Shown here one piece after another: positions 24,101 through 36,100 of a stretch of DNA of 64,000 bases. The first letter of the stretch is position 1, and each line of letters begins with the position of its first letter. The stretch lies in NCBI GenBank assembly GCA_002633005.1, contig NMRA01000385.1, positions 189,839-253,838 of the forward strand. The letters are read 5' to 3'. The position numbers were made by a program, and so were the translations under genes. Source of the DNA: Phoronis australis. Lineage: Eukaryota > Animalia > Phoronida. The notes under the pieces are model-generated. The model had not been told where the DNA came from. It did not search any database and saw nothing but the letters and a program-made list of their open reading frames with translations.

Positions 24101-27100
24101 GCGCCCCAGCTTTTCTTCATCCATCGCCAGATGCCCTTTACCGACTACATGTCCAGCGAAATTGATGGAACATTATCCAACCAAACACTTGGTGGGTCGA
24201 AGCGTTAATCCAGCCTCTCACACATGTTGGAAGGTGTCTCGCAAGGTGGCAAGGTGTTCAGTCCAGGTCTTATGGCACAGAATGTCATCCACATTATGTT
24301 CTGTATTATGTGCTCCTGCCAGCATCTTCCTTATCATGCGGTTGAAGGTCGCTGCTGAATTTACCAGACCAAATGGCATCTTTACGAACTTGTAGCAACC
24401 ACTCGGTTCTACAAATGAGGTCTTAGGCCGTGATTCTTGGGCGACAATGACTTCCCAGTACCCTTTACTCGGATCAATCTTCGTGAAATACTGGTCTTTA
24501 CTGATCTTAGCCATGATGTCATCGGGATTACCCATCGGTTCTGAGTCGAACTTGGTGATCGATACAGAATCGATTTGAACCATCCTTCTTCTTCACTAAA
24601 ACCATCGGATAGTTGTAGGAAGCATCAGATGGTTCTATGACTCCACACTTTAACATGTTGTCAATTTTCTCCTGCACAACAGACCGTGTGGCGTATGGCA
24701 GGGGATAAGGCTTGACTCTCACTGGCTTTTCACTGATGGTCTCAATCTTGTGCTTAACGAGATAGGTTGTACCCGGTACCTCACTAAAGATGTCAGAGTA
24801 CTCTTCTAGCAGACTTATCACCTCCCTTCGTTGGCTAGTAGTGAGCTCGTCTGATATCTTGACGTCTTTGTACGTTTCTTTTTGGTTTATCGATCCCAAC
24901 TCCAGTAGATGTTCATCATCAACAACACCAACTTCATTGTCTATTTCAGGCTGCGATGTCAGAACTCTGATCTGTATCATCTTTACTTACAGCCCCCCTT
25001 TAGTCACGAGATATGTAGATTTTCAACAGGTTGGCATGGTATGTCTTGATCTTTCCACCAACCCTTACTTGGTTGTCCATTTTGTTTAGTACCTCGGTCA
25101 CTTCATAGGGACCCCTCCAGTGCAGTAGCAGCTTGTTACTGTCGATTGGTAACAATATTAGGACTTGGTCTCCAACTTTGAAGCGACGATTTCGTGTCTT
25201 TTTGTTATAATGGTGCTTGTATGCTTCACCAGCATTCGTAAGTTTTCCCACACCAGTTTGTATGTCTCTTCCAGACGATTTCGAGGACATATACTCATAA
25301 GTATTTCGTACTTCTGGTGTTTTACTGCCAGTCAACAATTCTTTAAGCACCTTGCACTGTTCTACCATACAACAGTTCAAATGGAAAGAAACCTGTGCTC
25401 ACTTGTGGTACATCTCGGTAGGCAAACAGTACTGCTGGTAAGTACAGGCCCCAGTCTTGTGGACGCTAGCTCTTGGCACATTTTCTTAAGCATACTCTTC
25501 AGTACGCCGTTAATACGCTCACACATTCCATTGCATTTTGGATTGTACAGTGGTAAACAGTTGCTTCATGGATATTAGCTGTGTAACTTCTTTCAGTATT
25601 TCGGAGGTAAACTGTGTCCCAGTCAGTAAGCACCTCTCGTGGAAAGCCAATCCTACAGAAGGTTTCAAACAGACGAGAGTGCTTCTGCGACTCGCTCAGT
25701 TTCTATTCTGGGTAGAGCGACTGCCTCTGGGTATTATGTGGCATTAGTCTACGATGGTGAAAATGTACCGGTTGCATCTGTCTGTGATATGCGACACACG
25801 ACCAATCAAATCAACAGCTATACACTGGAACGGTTCTTCCATAAATGGCATCTCACCCAATGGCACTTTAAGAGATCCTGCCCATATGAGAATATTTGCT
25901 GGCAGATGTCACATGATCTGCCGAAACGATTTATGTCACTGCCAACTCCTGGCCAATAGAAGCTACTGGCTAATCTATCTCTGGTCTTCTTCACACCAAG
26001 GTGCCCACCAACGATCGACTCGAGAGCTGGCATCATAACCTGCTGTCGATATTCGACAGGGACAACTATCTGACGCAACTCTTTGGTGTTATTAGCATAC
26101 ACTGGTTACAGGTCTCCCTTTTGCTTCTCACACCAGTATTGACCTCTACCACGTGTTCTTGCTGGTTTCTCTTTCTCGACAAGTTCTATTAGCTTAGGTA
26201 GGGGAATTTCATGTTGTTACTCGTCCTTTAACTTGCTGACATGGAGACTTTCCACTCCGGATGGTGTTATTGTGAAAGGCTTGATGGGTTTCTCTCTCTT
26301 CTTGGCCTGTGCTCTAGTAGTGATTGTGGACATGGCACCGCTTTGTGGCTGCCAATTGGGATGAGGATCCTTGCTGACGCCAACAGCATTCCCTATGATG
26401 AGGTCATATATCGGTATTTGCATACACATCTCGATTTCACAGACGAAGTATGGAGTGTCTACCTCAATCTTTGCTATGGGGATTAGGATTGTGCTGTCCC
26501 ATCTATTAAGATGCAAATGCGTTGTTTCCTCACAAGTTGACTCTCTTTGACTAGGCACGTCTTCACTGCTGCACTACTACAACCAGTTTCACGCATCATG
26601 CGTACCTTTGTTTCATTGATGAAACTGTCGCAAACAGGCATATTGTGGTCATCAGGAACTAGACTCTCTGTGCTTATTACAGGTCCTTGTTTCTACGGGT
26701 ATTAGTGTCCCATCGACTAATTTCAGACAGCCATCAACTATGTGCTGCTCTATCTGACTACACTTTGCTTCCACAGCTTGACAGATTACCGTCTTCTTGG
26801 TGTCTTTCTTGTGATCCCATACAGTCAACATCCTGGATGTTGTTGGTAAATAATCTATATTATATGATCATGGTATGGACTTCAGTGCGTAATAAATATT
26901 TATTGTTTGGTTTGGTAACCTGCTCGGTAATTTTCAATAAGATGTGTTTCTGATAAGACGAAGGTGTTTGTTTACTCTGGCTCCTTCTGGTGGTGGTTTT
27001 GTGTTTTTGTATTTGCGTAATTGCTTCCTGAATATTTATGAAAGTTGGCAGATGTGTTCCCATAGAGCTTACAACAAACAGCGATGAGTTTTTAGGCAAG

Positions 27101-30100
27101 CCGACTGCTGCTGACTCTCCTGTTAGTTAGTTTACACCTGCATCTGTAGCTTCGGAGTTCACTGATGGATTTTCATGAAATGTAGCAAATAGGTTTCTAC
27201 TTTGAAGTTGTCATATGGATTTTACATACATTGTGTCATCTAATGGTCAAATTTTTGTCTTAGTTATTTTTTGGCATTTATTTTTTAAGCCACCCAAAGA
27301 TTCATCAGGAAACTTAGCAGATGTGTTTCAGCACGATGAGAAGAGTGTGCCTGAGGGTGATTTTTCGATGGGTCTGACTATTTTGGTGGCCCCTACTGGT
27401 GATGTTTTCTTTTACATGCATTGGTATAGCTCCTCTATAATTCGCAACAACTTTTTGCAAGTATTATGCCATAAATGTGCAGCAGCTGCCCATGACTTAG
27501 GATGGAATTTAGTTTTGTACGTTTGCATGTGTATCTTCAGAGTTCCTCAACTGCTTTTGGCTATCAAGTTCCTACTCTTAAGACAACAACACCTTCCCAT
27601 TTTAGGGGTGAAATAACAAAATACACTACTTTTTAGTGACCCTTTTATTATTTTAGATTTTTCATCGTCTGCCTCTGTGTCCACCCAATGGCTCACGGGG
27701 ATCATTATGAAAATTGGTAGATGTGTTTCTACTGACAAGAGCACAGCTGACATGGATTTTCAGATATGTTCAACAGTTAATGTTGTGGCATCTTTTTGTG
27801 TATCTTCGGCTGTACGAGCACTGTTTGAAGTTTGGCAGGGTTAACTTGACAACAAATAACCAAATCTGACTTCTACTTAAGTGCCTTCTAATGGCAATTT
27901 TTGTTTCATTCGTGTTTGCCTCGGTATCATTCTTTAGAATTCTTTGATGGATTTTCATGAATTTTGTCAACTAAATAACAACACTTGTCAATTTTTGGAC
28001 AGGTTTGATATATTGTGCTCCATAGTGAATTACCATTTTTATGATGCTAATAAACATCAATATAAGTATGCCGTTTGTGGGGCAGTCACGGGCATATTTC
28101 TTGCTCTGCGTTGTTCATTATGGCATTCTCCCTGTTTTGTATGTAATACCAGAGGTCGTTCGTAGAACATATGTCTATTGCATCATTAACACCAAACTAC
28201 TGCAAGACACGTGTACAGGCTAATAGTATATAAAATGTCAGGTAAATGCCAGGTGGCGTTGTCACTGCTCTAATGTAAACGTAATATAGCATAACATAAC
28301 ATCCCTCCACCCTGGGATTGAACACAATAAGGCTACTGGAAGTACACGAAAATAAATGACTGATATCCAACCAACTACGTTATAGTAGAGAAATGTCCAT
28401 TTATGAAAAACTTCAATGAAATAGTTCACAACGTAAGCCTTTGCGGCTGAATCGAACGTCGTCCCAAGCGGGTAACAACACAGTCCTTTCCGGCGGTCCC
28501 CGGCATCCTTGAACTCTGGATAGGATTTTCCCGAATTGTCGGAGATGTAGTGTCCGTGCCGCTTTTCTCCATTCGAACGTCATTTGGTGTTGTAACTAAC
28601 TTGTTACTATGCGTTGTTGGCAAGTTCGGTTGCCGAATTGGCACTTCTCTCGGTTGCCTTTGACTAACGATCGTATTTTTGTCTGGCATGCAATGTGACA
28701 TATGGTCTGTGTGGTGTCACCATTCGCGACCGTCATGTAGTTTAATTGTGTAAGACACCGGTCCTTGTTTGGCAATAATTACACCAGGCTGTCATTGCGG
28801 TAACCCGCCAAAATTAATGGCGTTAACAGTGTCTCCGATGAAAAGTTCTCGTGATCTAGGACGTTTGTCGACAGTCGCTGACTGTTTATCGAGAACTTTC
28901 TGACGCACATCTGGCACAAGCAAATCCAAACGCGGTTTCCTGACATTAGTACTTCAGCCGGTGAACGTCCAGTAGTCGAGTGTGGAGTAATCCGATATCT
29001 GGCTAAATAGTTATACAGTCGTGTCTCCAAATCACCACTCAGTTTCTTTATGCCCTGCTTGATTATTTGCACAGCCCGTTTGGCTGCCCCATCACTGACT
29101 GGGTGATACAGAGTTATGCAATGTGTTTGATGCCGTAGTTTTTACAAATTGTGGTAAAATCCACACTGGTGAAACCATACGCGTTATCCGACACAATAAC
29201 AACGGGTAGTACGTGTGTTGCTAAACACTGATGTAGTTGTTTAACAGTAGCCTCGGTCGATGTGCTATTGGTAATAAAAGCATCAACATATTTGCTGTGA
29301 GCATCCACTATTACCAGAATGTATTTACCTTGTATTGGTCCAGCGTGGTCTAAGTGACTACGGTGCCACGGTATTTCAGGCCATTCCCAGGGATGGATAG
29401 TTGCTTTTTGCTGTAGCGGCTTACTTTCCTGACAAGTTGCACATTGTGACACACATTGCTCAATGTCGTGATCTATAGTTGGCCACCACATGTAATTCCG
29501 GGCCAAATTTTTCATGCACACGATACCGGGATGCGAAGTGTGTAATTCCTCGAGTACCCTGCCACGCCCTTGTGGCGGAATCACAACACGCGATCCCAAC
29601 AAATTGCACCTGTCATGTAATACAGTTCCCATTTCTGTGGGAAATACGGAGTGATTGTGCCGTTTTCCTCCGGCCATCCTTGCAGTATGCAATTATACAG
29701 AGTAGCTAGTATTGGATCTTGTAAAGTCCAATGACGAATGTTATGCATGGTAACCATGGTTGCGTCAAGTTGCGCAAGAGTCAACACAACCTCCTGAGGC
29801 ACAGGGGTTTTGTTGTCATGCTTAAACTCCAGAGGTAGTCGACTGAGTGCGTCTGCATTGCACAGTCGCGCTGGGTCTGAAATTCAGACAGTAGAGGTAA
29901 GCTGACTACATCAATGACCCAACGTTGCATTCAGAGACTGTGTTGGTAATACCGGGCAACCTTCCTTTAATATTCCAAGTAATGGTTTGTGATCCATGAT
30001 TACAGTGAATTCGCGTCCATATAGATAGTTATGAAAATGTTTAGCTCCAAATACGACTGCGAGTGCTTCCCTGTCTGTCTGTGCATAGTTTTTCTTCGTT

Positions 30101-33100
30101 GCTGCCAGTGCACGCGACGCGAAAGCAATCGACCATTCTGTTCCATCACGCATAACGTGAAAATACTGCACCTACCCCAAAGGATGATCCGTTACAACAC
30201 AGTACCAATGACAACTCTGGCTGGTAATGTACTAACACGTTTTTGAACACAAGTAAGTCCTTCGATTTGTGGAAAGCGTCTTCGGATTTTCCCCATTTCC
30301 ACTTGGCACTGTTGCCTAGCAATGCATAAAGGGATGCCAGAACTGAGCTAATTTTCCGTAAGAACTTATGATAGTAGTTAATTAACCCCAGATACGAGCG
30401 TAACTCCGATAGATCCTGAGGTCTTGGGGCGTTCACGATAGCTGTCGGTCAGATCCCTTCGCTGTCAAGACAATGTCCCAGATAAGTCACCGACTGCTTC
30501 GTGAGCGAACATTTTTCTCTCCACAGTTGAAACCCGTTATCCAAGAGCCGTTGTAATAACTGATCCAAAGTCCTCTTGTGTTCCACCGTGTCGCGGCCTG
30601 CTATGACAATGTCGTCCAAGTATATGGCGCACATAGGTACGTTGTGCACAATTGTTCGTTGAAAAATGCTGGGCGCGCACGGACTACAAAATGGTAGACA
30701 GGCAGACCTTTATCCAGAATTTTGAAAATAGGGTGTCCATAATGCAGTTCCCAATATTCCAGGGCATCCATGATTCCGACGCCTAACCCCCCACCCCCAG
30801 CAATCCCTCCAGACACACACATTTTTTTAAAAAATGCATAGACCAAGGTTTTCACATTTAAGTTTACAAAACAGCCTTCTGTAGTGAGCATTTTTACTAA
30901 AAAAACTGTAGACCAAGACTTTTACAATGCTATCAACCAAGTGTGAGCATAGCAACATTGTATATACTTTGTATATACATTGTATATTTTCTTCCTGCTG
31001 TGAAAAAACAGCCCCCACTGTGAGACTTCAGAGGCTTCCTAGTATTCATTATAATGTGTGAGTCCAAACTTGAAAGCTTCCTATTGACAGTGGGTGTCCA
31101 AATGATACATTGGGCGTCTTTGCCAGGGCGTCCAGATTAGTACGCTGCATTAAGGCCTGTAGACGGGTATAAGCTAATAGTCCGTGGCTCATTGTGTTAA
31201 TGGTCGTTAACCGTTGGGCAGCCTCAGTTAGTTTCATTTGTTGACAAGTGTGGCTTAGATCAATTTTTGAGAACAGTTTTCCACCTGCCAGTCCTCCAAT
31301 CGTGGAATAGGGTACTGGTCTATCAAACCAGCCTTATTCAGGGTAGAACGGTAATCATCGCAAATACGAACATCCCCCGAATTCTTCAAAACCGGCACAA
31401 TGGGCGTGGCCCATTCCGATGAGTCAATACGTTGATCAGACGTTCAGGGCGAGCCTTCATGTATTTTGGTGGATGCAACGGGTCGACATTTAATGATATT
31501 TGTCCCCCTGAACACTTGCCTAATTCCTCTGTAAACAACTCCTGAAATTTCTCGTAACAGTCCATGTCATTCACAGCAGTCACATCCTGGACATGAAACA
31601 AGTTTGCCCAATTGATCTTTAGTTTGTTTAACCAATTACGTCCAAGTAGATTTGGACCATCTGCCACAAGGATAGGCAATTGCGTAGTTTTGTCGTCTGC
31701 TCTCACGCTAACGACTGATTCCTGTGGTCTCACTTCGGCACCACCGTAGCCAACAAGCACCATTTTTGCCTCATTAAGTGGTTGGCCACTAGACAATTTC
31801 TTCCATGTGCTGTGATTAATCACTGTATATTTGGCGCCAGTGTCGATTTCCTTCTGGATGGGCTGACCGTTGACAGTTATGTTCACCAAATGTGGTTCGT
31901 TTTTCGTCTTGTTCGATGTGAGGCGATACATTCCACTGTAAGTTGTTTCCCGTGTAGCTTAGCACGTCCCACTGTAGGTGGTTTTCCGCGGCGTTGCCTG
32001 CTCTTACATCACATGTGTTTTACCCGCGTGTCCAGAATAGCCATGTCCATGGGAAGAGCAAACCGATTTGTAATGATTTGGTTTACTGCACTTGAAGCAG
32101 GTAGTGCCCCAAGTGGGACATTTCCGTCTGTCCTTACAAAATGTGCCGCAACCCCAGCATGATCCTGGGCCGGCAGGCTTAGTCGAACGAAATTTTGTAA
32201 CTCTACTTGCCTGTAGGCGTTGTCCTGTCTGTGAGCGTTGCCCCGTTTGTCTTGTATTTTGTTAGTGTCCACCATCAGCGTCCCCATGGCCTGGAATTGC
32301 AAGGTCACGGATTCCTGTGTACGTCCGTTACTATGTAAGCAGTCCCTACAAGGTAATGCTCGGTTCTGTGAGTCCTTTGTTGCGCACCTTGTCCAAACGT
32401 GACTTTTGAATCAGCTGGGATTTGATTTCCAGATCCATGTCCGCAAACTCGCAGTATTTAATTAGCGAGGGTACGCAGCTGTGCATGCAACGTTTCTGAA
32501 GCATCCTGCGTCGCTTGTCGGAACCGAAACCGTATTGCGCTTTGGTGCAAAATAATTCGACATCTTAGTCTGTAATTGCTGATATGTTTCATTTATCGCA
32601 AACACATCGTCACCCGCATAATGGAGAAGCGTAGCTTTTTTCCGCTGTTCCTGCGTGATGTTTTTCGCCACCAGTAAGTTATCCAGCCGTTTCAGCCAAA
32701 GTTCCCTACATGTGCTGACTGATTCGGGTTGAATAGCAAATTAAGCTTTCAACATTAATTCATCCATAGTAATTTTCCTGTAAAATAATGGTTAAATCCT
32801 CTTCGCAAAAATGTTTTGTATGTAATAACCAGAGATCATTTGTGGAACATATGTCTATTGCATCGCTAACACCAAACTACTGCAACACATGTGTACAGGC
32901 TAATAATATATAAAATGTCAGATAGTCGCCAGGTGGTGTTGTAACTGCTCTAATGTAAACATAATATAGCATAACATAACATTCCCGTTAAGTGACTTTA
33001 CCAGACGTAGAGGGTTGTGAGCGTGTGATAACATCTAGCTCCTTTGTTGACTGCAAAGCACAGTCTTTTGTCTGGTATTACAACATGCTGGCCAACTATC

Positions 33101-36100
33101 TACCAGGCTTATTACAGGCCACGTGTGAACACTGTCAAACCCAGAGCAAATTGGCACGTTCATAAAGAATAGATTGTCGTAACTTCGGTTGTAGTTGGGT
33201 GATTTTGGCAATTCAAAACTAAACCTGATCTGCATTTGACAAGGAATTCAGAAATGCTATTGGCTTATGTTCAAATATGTTATAACAGCATAGCTCAATG
33301 AGGCTAGATAGTATGATCTTGTTGGAGATTAAGGGCAGTTTTCGAACAAAACAGAGCTGGCCCTCCTACCATCAATGCCAGAATGGAGTAAATCGGTCAC
33401 ATGTGAGATATTGGCTACAGGGGGTCATCTTCCCAATTTGTGGTTAGGCTATAGAATTGAACAAGTTGGGCTCAACAGGAAAACGTTGTAATGTCTCGTG
33501 TTATACCTGTTTTCACATTAATTTTCTTTTTAATTTTTTCCTGCAGACAAGTTCTCAGTGACCAACCCTCAGACATGGTCGCCTAGCACCATTAACAGGA
33601 AGCTGCGTAAATATGGAAAGGATGGTTACGGCTACAGAGGGGCGCTGATTAACAAGCTCTTCCAGGCGATATATGGAAGTATGTCCAAGCATGACTCGCA
33701 TGACTCATTATTGAGTTTACATTTATTGTTCTAGTGAATAAGAATTTAATGTTACATGGAAAATTTAGTGCACAATTTGTCGAATAAGTGGTATTTTATT
33801 TATTATGCGCCCACATATTTGTTTGTGGTGGCATATTGCTGTCACCTCTTTCCGGGTGTCTGGGCATCCAGCGTCTGCAGCTGCATCTCCTTAACCTCTC
33901 TCAGGACATCGATGAGATTTGGCAGGTGTGTTCCTATCAAGCTCATGACGACGAATTTCCGACTTCGACTACGGGTGTGTCCCTAGTGGCAATTTTAGTT
34001 TTTTATGCTTACCTTTGTATCTTTGATGGTCCTCAGAGGATTTTCATAAAATTTAGCAGTTAGGCATCTATTAGTGCGATGATGCTGTCCTCCCGTTTTC
34101 AGATGGATTCATTACTTTGCGGCACTCAGTAGCCAATTTTTACTGTTTTCGAGTCTGTTTTTTGGCGTCCACCCTTCTATAAACCAAACCGCTGTGAGGA
34201 TGATTTTGAAATTTGGTCTGTATGTTCTTACTGTGAAATGGGCGATGATTTGCAGACGACTTTGACTACTGTGGCGCCTCCTAGGAGCAGTTTGTGTATT
34301 TTTCTGTCCATGGCTGTTTCTCCTAGTACGTATGTAGGATCTTGTACTAAATGCAACAAGTATATTCATATGAAGTTGATAACGAACAGCGATGAGTTCC
34401 CATGGATCGGACTACCGTTGCGCCCCCTATTGGCAGTGTTATTTTTTATGTTACCTCAGTCTGTGTCTTCAAAGTTCCTCAACGGATTTTCATAAAATTT
34501 GGCAGATACCGTATTCGCCGTAATAACTGCCCATGCCCATATAAGCGCCCCCACGCATTTTCAGACTTTGCTAAAATAAGTGCCCAGTCCATAAATGTGT
34601 ACGTGCGAAAAATGCCTTACCTACAGTCCTAAAATTCTACAGTAACGTCTTCAATTTATCAATAATATCCGACAGTCCTGAAAAAAAATCATAGTGCGCA
34701 GAATTTATAGAGCACGAGCCTCGCCGCCATGTCGGTATTTAGCCGTGAATAACGATTCAAACATCTGCCATTCCTCAAAATGAACGCAAAAGTTTTGCTG
34801 ATATTGTGAGGACCAATGGTCTGGCCTTTCAGAACAGAAGTACTGTACTTATCTACGGGATTGCTTTGTAGATATTTCCCGCTTTCAACAGGAATCCAAA
34901 TTTCTTTGTAGGCCTACACGTGAATACCGCGAATCGAAGACTAATAAAAAGCTTGGCCAGTGTTAAAAGCACGTGGCCAGGAAGCGCGTGCTACATACAT
35001 GAACCTGTCATCAAAGGCATAAGTCGAGAACTATCCACGGGTAGCATAGCATCAGCAAGAAATGAATATTGGCACTAATTTCCGACAGTTTCTAATACTA
35101 TAAAAAAATGTTTGCCTTATTTTTAAGATGAATTGTTTGATTTACCATAATTGGTGTTTCCGATAAAATGACCACTGACAGTGAATGCTTACACACCCTT
35201 ACACGGAAAAATAACTGTCAGTCACGTATGCATCCAGCCACATGGCGACTAATATGGCCTTACTGAGACAAATGTCGGACATTTTTAGCACATGAGACCG
35301 GCAAGTGGCGAATGAAACACGCTCTGGTTTAGTTCTACTGCTTGTGCAAATTCTTTTGATACAATGCACATCTAGCTCGTTAGATTGCGTGGCTCTGGCC
35401 AAAAGACGGTCTCTGCTCTGGCAAATAAACTCGCACGTGCTCGCTTACTCACAACTTCAAAGCAAATGTCACGTGACAACAACATGTGTGTTCGTCCCGA
35501 CATTTTTCTCATGTTGCCGATCATACATGTAGATGGCACGATGTAGCACAGATTTGTACTTAAACCTGCCATGATCCCGACTCCACGGGAACTTAAAAAT
35601 CTTAGGGACGCTACTTGGAAAACTTGAGGAGGATTTCACGAGTTTCGCCGAGTTTTTGCCCTGGGATTTCATCACAATTTTCTTTAAAATGATTGTAATT
35701 TAGCATCAAAGTTTGATAGCAATGCACCTTGGTTTTGTAGGAAGTTTTTCATAGATTACAGATACGTCACAGAGCGTAAATATGATGAATCTTAGCTTCC
35801 GATTTCACCCGTTTCGGAGACCGGGTTTCAACGGCCTTGGGTTATAATAAGCGCCCCTCCTGAATCGAACTTTTCTAAGCGCCCTGGGCGGTTATTACGG
35901 TGAATATGGTAGGCATCTATTAGTGAGATGACACTATCCGCCCGTTTTTGGATGGATTTGAGGTATTTTGCACCACCTAGTGGCTATTTTCACAGTTTTT
36001 GAGTCTGTTTTTTGGCGTTCACCTCTCTATCAACCAAACCGTTCTAAGGATGATTATTGGCATGTATGTGCTTACTATAAAGAAAATGGCTGACGATGAT

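Larger units (their letters stand above)
28133..32981 (-). mobile_element. Complete but decayed Ty3/Gypsy LTR retrotransposon (gag-PR-RT-RH-INT)
   Basis: LTRs 28133-28301 and 32812-32981 (TG...CA); TSD ctccc/ttccc; PPT tccctccaccc on +; degenerate PBS; gag ATLLHYAG, knuckle CFKCSKPNHYKSVC, PR IDTGA, RT YLDD, INT HTSHPG..CATC and VSDN. Confidence 0.95.
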
